Source: Amoebidium appalachense
Lineage: Eukaryota > Protista > Ichthyosporea
Direction: 5' to 3'
Assembly: GCA_963693365.1 (NCBI GenBank)
Contig: CAVNZM010000022.1
Span: 1-64,000, forward strand
DNA: 64,000 nt
The notes below the pieces were generated by a model. That model ran no database searches. It was not told the origin of the DNA and saw only the letters and a program-made list of their open reading frames with translations. Below are positions 22,301 to 32,416 of the stretch, piece after piece (the first letter of the stretch is position 1; every line of letters begins with the position of its first letter). Made by a program: the position numbers and the translations under genes.

Positions 22301-22384
22301 AACCATAATCAAGGCTTGAGAAACGCGCGCTGCGGAGACAACAAGAAAGACCATCCCGCGTTCTTCCCGCGCAAGATTGTGTAC

Positions 22385-23100
22385 GCAAGCGTCGCGTTGG
22401 CCGCGGTGCGGAGCCCAAAGACTCAGAAAAATTGCAAGCGTCGCGTTGGCCGCGGTGCGGAGCCGAAAGACTCTGAAAAATGAAAAATTGCAAGAGTCGT
22501 GTTGGCCGCGGTGCGGAGCCCAAAGACTCAGAAAACTTGCAAGAGTCGTGTTGGCGGCGGTGCGGAGCCGAAAGACTCAGAAAAATTGCAAGAGTCGCGT
22601 TGGCCGCGGTGCGGAGCCCAAAGACTCTGAAAAATGAAAAATTGCAAGAGTCGTGTTGGCCGCGGTGCGGAGCCCAAAGACTCAGAAAAATTGCAAGAGT
22701 CGTGTTGGCCGCGGTGCGGAGCCCAAAGACTCTGAAAAATGAAAAGTTGCAAGAGTCGTGTTGGCCGCGGTGCGGAGCCCAAAGACTCAGAAAAATTGCA
22801 AGAGTCGTGTTGGCCGCGGCGCGGAGCCGAAAGACTCAGAAAAATTGCAAGAGTCGTGTTGGCCGCGGTGCGGAGCCCAAAGACTCTGAAAAATGAAAAG
22901 TTGCAAGAGTCGTGTTGGCCGCGGTGCGGAGCCCAAAGACTCAGAAAAATTGCAAGAGTCGTGTTGGCCGCGGTGCGGAGCCCAAAGACTCTGAAAAATG
23001 AAAAGTTGCAAGAGTCGTGTTGGCCGCGGTGCGGAGCCCAAAGACTCAGAAAAATTGCAAGAGTCGTGTTGGCCGCGGTGCGGAACCGAAAGACTTTGCA
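22385..23100. repeat. Tandem array of about 14 units of 49/56 bp (higher-order about 105 bp)
   Basis: Core TTGCAAGAGTCGTGTTGGCCGCGGTGCGGAGCCCAAAGACTC with alternating AGAAAAA or TGAAAAATGAAAA linkers. Confidence 0.95.
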
Positions 23101-23282
23101 AGAGTTGCGTTTTGCCGAAAGCCTTAAAGACTCAAAAGACGAAGACGAAACCGATAAAATACAAGGACCTGAAAATACTTTATTTTCATATACACATGAC
23201 AATACATACAACACAACACACAACGCACAGCGCTGTGGTGGACATTCGTGACCACGTATTCCATTTGATATTCAGATATATT

Positions 23283-23462
23283 TTTGATGGATACAAACTT
23301 TGGCAGTGCTGACAAACAGAAGCAAAGACTACGAACCGTTGACACATGTCGGTGTGCAATTACATATCTCTATTGCCAACACCGAAACCAAAAGACAGAA
23401 CATGGTGTGTAAATTGAATACTGATGGTTGAACACGAAAGCAAAAATAGCCATCGCTGTAGC
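23283..23462. repeat. About 180-bp dispersed repeat, copy A (inverted relative to copy B at 56368-56548)
   Basis: TTTGATGGATACAAACTTTGGCAGTGCT...AAAAATAGCC matches the reverse complement of 56368-56548 with scattered substitutions. Confidence 0.9.
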
Positions 23463-23566
23463 AGCCTTACGCAATATCACCAATACCATGACCACACACA
23501 CACATCCACGCAACGCCAGCGTTATTGCCTACATGCCTACATGGTCTTGTTGCAGGTCTGACATGC

Positions 23567-24970
23567 CTACATGGTCTTCCTGGCCTTCTTGGCTGGCTTG
23601 GTGGGGGGGGTGGCCTCCCGTTTGCGCCTTGTGCTCTTGCTGGCCTGCATGCCCTCGGCGCTGGGAGCGGCCAGGCGCTTTGCCTTCGGACCGACATATC
23701 TTGCGAAATCTCGCAGTGTCATAGGGAGCTTCCCCTCCAGTTCCTCCCACTCGACTGAAAGGGGGTCGTCGGCCCGGACAATGTAAATGATGTTGTTTTG
23801 GTTGCGCTCAATGCCGTACGTATTAAGCCAACGGGTGTGGCCCATCGTAGTCTTGTCCTTGCTATTGTATACTAAGGGTTCGAGTTGATCGTAGTCTCTG
23901 AATGCGAAGTTGAGACGGATCTGCACGTGCGCAAAATGCACAGGTGGGGGCCACACTTTTGGGGCTGTGCGACGCTTGTCGAGAAACCCTGCAAGGAAGC
24001 GTCCTAGTGCGGGAAGACGAGAGTCGGCAAGGTGGGATGGCCAGGTAGCATGCTTGTGTTCGATGTCTGCAGCAAGGGTTGCCAGCACATAGGGATCGCC
24101 CACTTTGCCGATTTTGGGAATGGGGTCGTCTTTTTTGCGAACAAACTCGCCGTTGTAGTGTGCACGTTCTCCCCATTCGTTTGCCTTGGGAAGCTCCCGG
24201 TCGACCCCCCACACCAACACACCCGCGTGCTTCCGAGCCTCCTTGCCACCGGACTTCTTCTTGACTGCCTCCGTGACGGACAGGAGGTTGAATTGGTCGT
24301 CGTGTGTGATGGGTGGCTCTATGGCAAGAACGTTTTTGTTCGTGTCCGAGTGGCCCTGTATGCCCGTGTCATCAGAGTCCGAGTCCGGTGTCTCCGTTCC
24401 CGTGTCCGTGTCCGTGTCCGTGATCGTGATGCACTCTGCGTCCTGTGTCAAACCGTGGTTGTTAATCTTTCCTGCGCGTTGAAGACCTTCCACCCAATCT
24501 TTGAGGTATTGGCCACAACGCGTTTCTTTCTCGTCTTTCTCGCGGTTAGCGCGGCTGAATACGCAACCGTAGTGGAGGTAACTCTCGTGAAATTCCACCG
24601 AAGCGATGTAGGTCTCGGCATCCCCACACGACAAGCGACCGAGGACGATGTAGGTGTCCGTCATCGCCTTGCTTAGCTCCGCGGACAAGTTCGGTGGCTG
24701 CTTGTCCGGGTGAAAAGTCTTTGCAACTCTCCTGATCCCGCCCGAGTCTAAGGCCTGGAGTTGTGCAAACTTGGTGGTGAACAGGAGTGTTGACCTGCCG
24801 GCTTCAGCGGCTATGTCTTGGATTCTGGCGGACGGCTTCATGCTTTTCAGGAACAGACGCACGTCATCTTCGAACGTTGGGGATTGGGAGGCAAGCAAAC
24901 CGAAACCCCGATGGGCACACTCCGCGTCTAACTGGGTAAAATCAGGAAGGAAGCTGTCGAGGTGCGCCAT
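23567..24970 (-). CDS. Paralog A of a divergent pair; contains a J-domain-like HPD segment
   Basis: GIRRVAKTFHPDKQ; shares RAHYNGE, YIVRAD.PLS.EWEEL and PMTLR.F..YVGPK with 25774-26967. Confidence 0.8.
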   Translation of the reverse strand: MAHLDSFLPDFTQLDAECAHRGFGLLASQSPTFEDDVRLFLKSMKPSARIQDIAAEAGRSTLLFTTKFAQLQALDSGGIRRVAKTFHPDKQPPNLSAELSKAMTDTYIVLGRLSCGDAETYIASVEFHESYLHYGCVFSRANREKDEKETRCGQYLKDWVEGLQRAGKINNHGLTQDAECITITDTDTDTGTETPDSDSDDTGIQGHSDTNKNVLAIEPPITHDDQFNLLSVTEAVKKKSGGKEARKHAGVLVWGVDRELPKANEWGERAHYNGEFVRKKDDPIPKIGKVGDPYVLATLAADIEHKHATWPSHLADSRLPALGRFLAGFLDKRRTAPKVWPPPVHFAHVQIRLNFAFRDYDQLEPLVYNSKDKTTMGHTRWLNTYGIERNQNNIIYIVRADDPLSVEWEELEGKLPMTLRDFARYVGPKAKRLAAPSAEGMQASKSTRRKREATPPTKPAKKARKTM

Positions 24971-25020
24971 ACTGAATGATGTGTCTTTTACTTGTGTGCA
25001 CTGAGGGTTTCGACCCGCGT

Positions 25021-25676
25021 GCCGCGTATATATATCGATGTACACCGCGTTGGGCGCTTCAGATATCCAATGAAAATTAAGCTTTCAACACAATAAGCCA
25101 ATAGATGAAGAACACGCGACCCACCGCAACCAATCAGACCTTTGTTGAAAACCGTATGAACAAACCAAAAATAATCCCTCCGACTCCTTCCAATGGCTGG
25201 CACCTTGGCGAACTTATGATTGGCCCGTTAACCGTCAGCAAACCAATCATTTCGCGCGCAAATATCTTCACATCATGGCGGACCAATCATATTGCGATTT
25301 CGATTATTTGATGGTGTTTTGATCCGTGAGCCGCGGAATATATATATATATCGATGTGCACCGCGTTGGGCGCTTCAGACTTGCAATGAAATTTATGCTT
25401 CAACAATAAACCAATAGATGAAGAACACGCGACCCATGGCGACAAATCAGAGCTTCAAATTTAACCATGTGAACTAATCAAAAATAATTCCTCCGACTCC
25501 ATCCAATGGCTGGCATCTGGGCGAACTTTTGATTGGTCCGCCCGGCCGAAACCGGTTTTTAATTCAGGGCGGACCAATCGAAATAGCAAAGTGACACGTG
25601 AACCGTCCGCGAACCAATCATTTGGCGCGAAAATATCTTTACATCATGGCGGACCAATCATATTGCAATATCGATT
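25021..25676. promoter_or_regulatory. Duplicated bidirectional promoter with TATA, CCAAT and E2F-like sites
   Basis: Two diverged copies of about 300 bp (about 25021-25308 and 25330-25676); TTTCGCGCGCAAA at about 25250 and TTTGGCGCGAAA at 25621. Confidence 0.65.
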
Positions 25677-25773
25677 TTTTGTCTTGATTTTTTGCCATTT
25701 GAGATATATAAACAACAGACGCGGAATAAATGGATCACAACCACACAGACAATCAACCAGACGTGGAAAAAAC

Positions 25774-26967
25774 ATGGCGAACAAACTCGTTGTAGACTAC
25801 AAGAGGTTTGACCCAGATTGCATTCACCGCGGTCTGCGCTACCTCGCATCGGTGGAGGGCGACGCCGACAAGTCCGTGTCCGAGTTCATCGACAACACGG
25901 ATTTTACCAATTTGCCCATTGCGGCGGAGGCGGCTGGCTGCTCGCCGCACCTTCTGACCAAGTGGGTTGGGTGTCTCCAGTCCGCGTCGTTGAGCGGTAT
26001 CAAGAAGTTGATCGCCCGTTTCCACGCCGACAAAATCACCACTTGGGCGAGTGAGGAGGAAAAGCAGATATTCAAACGTTCCACCATCATTCTGACACGA
26101 CTGACCGGGGTCGGTCGGAGCGACGAGTACCGCGAAAACGTAACCAAAAGCACGAGTTTTGCGCGTTTCGGATGCGTCTGCACCCGCGACTCGGAGAACT
26201 TGGAAGAAGGATCGGAGACTTCATGTGGTGCCTATTTGGATGAAATTGTCAAACAGGCAAGTCTTCTCATCGGGAACCGCGACGACGAACAAGCAGCCTC
26301 GCCGTGCCAGTCCCCAAAGCCCCGTGCCCCCCAGAAAGCCCAGCCCGCACCCAAGCCCAAGAGTACACACGGCGAAGACGGCAAACTTCTTGCCATTGGG
26401 AACGTTCTGTGCGAGGATGAATTCTTTGGCTTGCAAGATTTAATGGTGTGGGGGATCAACTTACCGCTACCCCCTGCCGACGAGAACGGCGTCCGTGCAC
26501 ACTACAATGGTGAAATTTTCCGCGACAAGGGGGGGCCGATTCCATACTTCGCGTCGTGTGCACCGTATGCCCTGGCTAGCCTCGCATCAGACATGCCCGA
26601 ACACCGGAAGATTGCGGCGTGGCAACCCCACCAGGTTGATGACCGCATGCCTGCCAGGGGTCGTTTCCTCCTCGGGGTTTTTCAAAACGGTAAACATTGG
26701 GGAGCAGAGTTCGTTCATGCGTTGGGCACGTTCGAGCCTCGGTTTCGACACTACGGGCACGTGCACTTTCGTTGTCAGATCAGCAGCACCGAGGAAATCG
26801 ATTACCTCGAATGGTTGTACCAAGCCACCGGCATCAGAACTAACCGCAACAACGTTATCTACGTGGTTCGTGCCGATGGCCCCTTGTCCCCCGAATGGGA
26901 GGAGCTCCAGTACATGATGCCGATGACCCTCCGCGCCTTTGGCGATTATGTCGGTCCCAAGTTGTAA
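25774..26967 (+). CDS. Paralog B of the divergent pair (HAD instead of HPD)
   Basis: GIKKLIARFHADK; clear homology to 23567-24970. Confidence 0.8.
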   Translation: MANKLVVDYKRFDPDCIHRGLRYLASVEGDADKSVSEFIDNTDFTNLPIAAEAAGCSPHLLTKWVGCLQSASLSGIKKLIARFHADKITTWASEEEKQIFKRSTIILTRLTGVGRSDEYRENVTKSTSFARFGCVCTRDSENLEEGSETSCGAYLDEIVKQASLLIGNRDDEQAASPCQSPKPRAPQKAQPAPKPKSTHGEDGKLLAIGNVLCEDEFFGLQDLMVWGINLPLPPADENGVRAHYNGEIFRDKGGPIPYFASCAPYALASLASDMPEHRKIAAWQPHQVDDRMPARGRFLLGVFQNGKHWGAEFVHALGTFEPRFRHYGHVHFRCQISSTEEIDYLEWLYQATGIRTNRNNVIYVVRADGPLSPEWEELQYMMPMTLRAFGDYVGPKL

Positions 26968-27100
26968 GCAAAGACAAATTGTAAGCAAAGTGGTAGTGGA
27001 GTGTAGTGAGCTCGGGAGTTATATGTTATTTGATTGTCTTTGGGGTTTGTATGTATAAACCCTGCCTGTTCGAACTGGGTTCGTCTTTTTCTGTATCTCG

Positions 27101-27426
27101 TCTGATTCTCGTATCACCGCGGCCGGCCGAGTAAATAAAACTCGTTTTTTTTCTAAGTCTGATTCTCGTATCACCGCGGCCGGCCGCGTAAATAAAACTC
27201 GTTTTTTTTTCTAAGTCTGATTCTCGTATCACCGCGGCACGCGTAAATAAAACTCGTTTTTTTTTCTAAGTCTGATTCTCGTATCACCGCGGCCGGCCGC
27301 GTAATTAAAACTCGTTTTTTTTTTTTAAGTCTGATTCTCGTATCACCGCGGCCGGCCGCGAAATTAAAACTCTTTTTTTTTTTTGGCTAAGTCTGATTCT
27401 CGTATCACCGCGGCTGGCCGCGTAAA
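27101..27426. repeat. Tandem array, 6 x about 58 bp
   Basis: TCTGATTCTCGTATCACCGCGGCCGGCCGCGTAAATAAAACTCG-polyT-CTAAG. Confidence 0.92.
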
Positions 27427-27485
27427 TGTTTCTCGAATCACGCTGTTTTTTCTACGTGCAAAGACGCGTGCACCCGCCAAACAAA

Positions 27486-27866
27486 ATGTCGGTTACCGTC
27501 ATGCGGCCACTCACGGCCCTTTCGGACGCGGTGCTGCTAGGGCGCGCCATGCGCAACGATGAATACTCAACGGTGCGGCGCCTACGGGACAATGTCGAGC
27601 GCCTGGAGCACGAGGTGGGCCGCAGGGCGGAGCTCGTGGAGATGTACGCGCGGCAGCTGGACGAATTTCGCCGCGACCTGCACGCCGTCTACGACAAGGT
27701 GGGAGAGCTTATAGACCGACTGGCTGACCTGCAACACGACCAGGATGGGTTCGTGCGCGAGATCGTGCGCCTGCGGTGGGTCGTCATGCAGATGGGCGAC
27801 GACCTCACCCAGCTGCACCGCGAGCCCGCGCGCGCCCCCCTGCACCGGTGGGGCGCGCCGAAATAA
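27486..27866 (+). CDS. Coiled-coil hypothetical protein
   Basis: Heptad pattern; stop abuts the next ATG. Confidence 0.6.
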   Translation: MSVTVMRPLTALSDAVLLGRAMRNDEYSTVRRLRDNVERLEHEVGRRAELVEMYARQLDEFRRDLHAVYDKVGELIDRLADLQHDQDGFVREIVRLRWVVMQMGDDLTQLHREPARAPLHRWGAPK

Positions 27867-28988
27867 ATGTACGGGCATGATATGGACGTTTCTTTCGAGG
27901 GTGTAAACCCCGACGTTGAAGATCACGCACGGTCCCCGACGTCGACAAAGCAGCAGGCGTTGGAGGCCTTAAATGAAATGAGGACACTGAAGGGCTATCT
28001 TCGTGTACAGGCTGAGATCAGAAAGGCGGTCACCAAGGGCGCGGGTAGAAAGCATATGTTGGATTACCTTGGGATTTCCGTCGATTCCGACATCGACACC
28101 GAGTTGTCAAAACAACTTGGCGTGATGCTGCAACGGTCGACGCCAAGCGAGGACATCGTCGACGACATCCTCGCGAATCGGCCGGAAGTATCGCGAGTGC
28201 ACGCGGAAATGGGGGGCGGCGGGCGGTTGCTGCTCTACGGCCCAAGTGGTGCGGGCAAGCTTACGTGTGTCTTCCAGGTGTGCAAGACCCTTGACCTCTT
28301 CCCATGGGTCCTGACGGTCCAGGACCTGCTCGATCCGGACACCCGTCGTGCCATCCAATGGATCGCAAAGAACGACAAGCGCGCCGTGTTGGTCATCCGT
28401 GATGCTCACAATCTGACGGACGAATCGATGATGGTGCTTACACTGGAGTTGGTGGACAGACGCATGGTAGTCGGTATTGCCAGTACGGCTTCAGAGAAGG
28501 GTTGTTCGGTGCGATCCTATTTCACCAGCACACTGGCTTGGCCAGCGGTGCGTGACGACGAGTCGCGCGTGGTGGTCGAGGCACTGGTCCAGTCATGTTT
28601 AGGCGCAGATCCGGAGTACCCATCGGCGACATCGGCTGTTGTAACCCAGCTAGCCATCGCCGCGACCGACCTAACCATCGCCGATATAGTGAACACGGCC
28701 AGGATTGCACAGAAGAACACGGCATCCCAGATCTCTCCCGCCGGTCACCCGTATAGATACTACGACGCATCGAGCGGGTATACAGATGTCGTGTGGAACC
28801 TAGCACTGGCAAACAGGAAACGGGGTGCAAATGGTACAGAGATTGGGCATGCTCAACTAAGAGACTTTATACGGGAACAATCGTATACCAAGGCCTCGGT
28901 TTACTTGACCCACGTCGTCCTCCTAGCGTGGCTCACGGCAATGCTGCACAGCACAGTGGACGCGACCGATTTTGCCTGCTACACATAA
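27867..28988 (+). CDS. Degenerate AAA+ ATPase, RFC/clamp-loader-like
   Basis: LLLYGPSGAGKLT (Walker A) and VLVIRDAHNLT (degenerate Walker B). Confidence 0.55.
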   Translation: MYGHDMDVSFEGVNPDVEDHARSPTSTKQQALEALNEMRTLKGYLRVQAEIRKAVTKGAGRKHMLDYLGISVDSDIDTELSKQLGVMLQRSTPSEDIVDDILANRPEVSRVHAEMGGGGRLLLYGPSGAGKLTCVFQVCKTLDLFPWVLTVQDLLDPDTRRAIQWIAKNDKRAVLVIRDAHNLTDESMMVLTLELVDRRMVVGIASTASEKGCSVRSYFTSTLAWPAVRDDESRVVVEALVQSCLGADPEYPSATSAVVTQLAIAATDLTIADIVNTARIAQKNTASQISPAGHPYRYYDASSGYTDVVWNLALANRKRGANGTEIGHAQLRDFIREQSYTKASVYLTHVVLLAWLTAMLHSTVDATDFACYT

Positions 28989-28990
28989 TT

Positions 28991-30106
28991 ATGGAATCCA
29001 TGGACCCCGATGTGCTCAACCAGATCCTGGCGGGAAGACCCAAAAAAATCAAGCTAGCCATTTCGCCTGATCCAGAATCGTTTGGTCCCGCGCACGCCAC
29101 AATGGTCACGTCCCTCGGTGTGCTGCTCGCCGTGCTGCACGCATGGCTCACACAGCCGAGCGGAGCGCCTCTGATCAATGTAACGTCGTCGGGCGACGGC
29201 ACGGTGATGGTCCCGGGCATCGACTGGCGCGTGCTCGCGCTGCCGATGTTTGCGAATGCGTTCCACCCCCGCCACCTACCCAACCCAACCGCAAGCATGG
29301 AGGAGTACGCAGAGAACTGGCTGAGGCTGGAACCAGACACGACCCCCGAGGCTTTCGATGCCGCGCTCGCGGCAGCCATCGAGCGTTTGGCGGCTCCCGT
29401 GCACACAAAAGCCTTGCAGCGCCGCCGCGTCAAGGCCGAGCACCCCGTTCCGCCGACCACCATGGCCGCGCTGAGCGTGCGCGTGGACCCGGGGTTCGAC
29501 AAGGTGGCCGCGCAGTTCTCCGACCTCGTGCGCCAGAGCAAGCCGGCCGACTCCATCGAGATCACCAAGCGCGACCGCGAGATCAAGCTGCTACAGCAGT
29601 GCCTGATGGAGCTGGAGCTCGAGTACTTCCGCCTGCAGGCCGAGAACGAGCAGCTCAAGGCGCAGGAGGCCGCGCTCGAGAAGAACTTCCTGCTTCCGTG
29701 GTTCAAGGCCCAGGAGGACGTGTCGCAGCGCATGGCCATGTTCGAGGCCGCCGAGCGCGACGAGTACACGCGCATGCGCAACTTCCAGCAGCAGGTGTCC
29801 GTGCAGGCGTTCAACAGCAGCCTGCAGGCGCAGAACAACGCGCTGCTGGCGGCATCCGGCGCGGCCATGAACGCGCGGCCCACGGCGGACTTCGCGGCCA
29901 TGCTCGCGCGCAAGCGGGAATCCGAGCTGGACGACTTCGGCGACAGCCTCAAGCGCATGCGGGCCGACGACATGGGCATGGGCATGGGCCAGCAGCAGGC
30001 GCCCGGACCGATGCAGATGCCCGGGGTCAACCCCGACACGTACCGCGACAACATGACCATGCGCGAGGGCGTGGCGTTCCCGTATCCGCGCACGGACGCG
30101 GCGTGA
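28991..30106 (+). CDS. Coiled-coil hypothetical protein
   Basis: ATG 28991; strong GC3 bias; long heptad region. Confidence 0.7.
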   Translation: MESMDPDVLNQILAGRPKKIKLAISPDPESFGPAHATMVTSLGVLLAVLHAWLTQPSGAPLINVTSSGDGTVMVPGIDWRVLALPMFANAFHPRHLPNPTASMEEYAENWLRLEPDTTPEAFDAALAAAIERLAAPVHTKALQRRRVKAEHPVPPTTMAALSVRVDPGFDKVAAQFSDLVRQSKPADSIEITKRDREIKLLQQCLMELELEYFRLQAENEQLKAQEAALEKNFLLPWFKAQEDVSQRMAMFEAAERDEYTRMRNFQQQVSVQAFNSSLQAQNNALLAASGAAMNARPTADFAAMLARKRESELDDFGDSLKRMRADDMGMGMGQQQAPGPMQMPGVNPDTYRDNMTMREGVAFPYPRTDAA

Positions 30107-30193
30107 GCAGGCTGTATTATAAAGTTCGATTCGGGTGTTTATTGTTTTGAGATGCCCTGTTCCATTCACGAAAAATCAGTGGCATCCACAAGC

Positions 30194-31087
30194 ATGGTGG
30201 TGTACGTCATCGACCTGTTCTGTGGCGCGGGAGGGTTCAGCGAGGGCGCGCGACAGGCGGGTGCGGTGGTGGCGGTGGCGGTCGACAGCTGGGACGTGGC
30301 GCTGGAGGTGCACCGCGCCCGCCACCCCGGGGCCGTGCACATGCTGCGCACCATAGGCGACGTGCCCGCAGAGGACTTTGCACGCGAGCTGATGGCGGCC
30401 GTGCCGGCCATGGGCGAGGGCGACTGGCTGCACGTGCACGCGAGCCCACCGTGCCAGGAGCTGTCGGAGATGCGCGCGGGCAGAGGGTGTGTGGGTGACA
30501 CGTTGCGGCTGGTGAGATATACACTGGACGTGCTCGACTGCCTGCCGTACGACAGCTTCTCGATGGAGGAGGTCAACAACCCCGAGCTCAGGGCACTACT
30601 GGACGAGGAGGGTGTGCCGTATGCGGTGCTAAACATGTTGGAGTATGGCGTGTGCCAGACACGCAGGCGTTTATTTGCATACGATGGGTGGAGCCCATAC
30701 GCCATACCCCAAACCCCCGCCCCCAACTTGCAAACCATACTCGATACTACACCCAATGCGGTGTGGCTTACGGCTTCCAGTATTTCCGAAAAGCGGATGC
30801 GGGCATGGAGAGAGGGTCAAAAAATAGAGTGCAGTAAAACAACGCCACCACCGAAATGCAGGCCCATAACGATGAATCCATACTTCTACACGGTTATAAA
30901 AAGCCCGTTCTATATCTGGGATGAAAACTTTGAATTGGTGCGCGCAATCAATAAGAACGAACTTGAAAAGCTCCAGACATTTCCACGCGGCTACATCACA
31001 GCTCAAAACGTATCTTCAAAAGAAACATTAATTGCCAACGCGGTGCCGCCGGCAATGGCTCGCGCTATCATCGACACGATTTTATGA
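30194..31087 (+). CDS. C5-cytosine DNA methyltransferase copy 1
   Basis: Motif I VIDLFCGAGG, IV SPPCQELS, VI MEEV, VIII YGVCQTRRRLF, IX LQTFP, X IANAVPP. Confidence 0.92.
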   Translation: MVVYVIDLFCGAGGFSEGARQAGAVVAVAVDSWDVALEVHRARHPGAVHMLRTIGDVPAEDFARELMAAVPAMGEGDWLHVHASPPCQELSEMRAGRGCVGDTLRLVRYTLDVLDCLPYDSFSMEEVNNPELRALLDEEGVPYAVLNMLEYGVCQTRRRLFAYDGWSPYAIPQTPAPNLQTILDTTPNAVWLTASSISEKRMRAWREGQKIECSKTTPPPKCRPITMNPYFYTVIKSPFYIWDENFELVRAINKNELEKLQTFPRGYITAQNVSSKETLIANAVPPAMARAIIDTIL

Positions 31088-31120
31088 ACCAATCGAGGGC
31101 CAAAATAGAATCCCCGCCCA

Positions 31121-31349
31121 TCACTCGTGCAACGGGCTGAGGGGATTCAGTCTCCAACCCTTGCCCTCTTTGACGATGATCACACCACCAGAAGTCTGTC
31201 TCCGCCACGAATGGCCACCCCCGCCCAAAACATGGCTGTATTTGGTCAGGTGTTGTGTCTGGGTGATCACTGCACCCTCGCGCGCCACGCCGCGCACGTC
31301 GCCCCTGCCGTGGATGAACGCCGCGGCCAGCATGTGCAGCGTCAAGTCG
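31121..31349 (-). pseudogene. Detached alternative C-terminal tip of the Z1-like helicase
   Basis: 31278-31349 is identical to 32613-32684; the rest encodes a divergent version of the helicase C-terminus. Confidence 0.85.
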
Positions 31350-31399
31350 GGTGTTTATTGTTTGGATGCCCGTCCACAAAGATCAGTGGCATCCACAAG

Positions 31400-32352
31400 A
31401 TGGTGGTACGTCATCGACTGTCTGTGGGCGGGAGGGCAGCGAGGGCGCGCGACAGGGGGTGGGTGGTGGCGGTGGCGGCGACAGCTGGGACGTGGCGCTG
31501 GAGGTGCACCGCGCCCGCCACCCCGGGGCCGTGCACATGCTGCGCACCATAGGCGACGTGCCCGCAGAGGACTTTGCACGCGAGCTGATGGCGGCCGTGC
31601 CGGCCATGGAGGCCGGCGACCACCTACACGTGCACGCGAGCCCGCCGTGCCAGGAGCTGTCTGAGATGCGCCTGGGGCTGGGGCGTGTGGGTGACACGTT
31701 GCAGTTGGTAAGATACACATTGGACCTCCTCGATTGCGTGCCGTACGACAGCTTCTCAATCGAGGAGGTCAACAACCGCGGGTTGAGAGAGCTGTTCGCG
31801 GAGGAAGGCGTGCCGTACATTGTGCTGAACATGTGGGAGTATGGGGTATGCCAGACACGTAGGCGTTTATTTGCATATGACGGTTGGAACCCTTACGCTA
31901 TGCCCAGATCCTCGCCCCCGACGCTACTAAGCCAACTAGACCCAACCCCGCACGCTACGTGGATTACCCCCGCGAGCATTTACCCAATACGAATGCAAAC
32001 ATGGAGGGAGACAAGGGAGTGGGACCAATGGAAAATACAAGGACCATCGACATGGAAGTTACTATCCAAGAAAACCCAGGTGTTTCCGACATGGAAATCG
32101 CTACCTAGCAATGCATATTTCTACACGGTCGTGCGAAGTCCGTTCTACCTATGGAACGAATGTTTCGAATATATAAGACGGATCCAAACATCTGAATTGG
32201 AAAAAATACAGACATTCCCATCGGGGTATGTCACGGCTCGAAAGGTGTCTTCAAAAGAGAAAAAAGAAAAATTAATAGCAAATGCCGTCCCACCGGCGAT
32301 GGCCCGCGGTATTATGAAAACAATTTCGGCGGAGCGGGTGCGGACAGAATAG
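31400..32352 (+). pseudogene. C5-cytosine DNA methyltransferase copy 2 (motif I region damaged by small deletions) with a different variable region
   Basis: 31480-31609 is identical to 30284-30413; motifs IV-X intact; variable region diverged; 31400-31480 is a deletion-riddled copy of 30194-30284. Confidence 0.85.
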
Positions 32353-32416
32353 TCAGAACAGGAAATACAAATTAAACACAACACAAACGTGTTCCCGCCG
32401 GCGATGACCCAAGCCG

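Noticed and set aside
22385-23100. CRISPR-like look of the regular arrays (also 7111-7460, 27101-27426, 57700-59157)
   Set aside because: Units repeat end to end with no unique spacers, and no cas genes are present.
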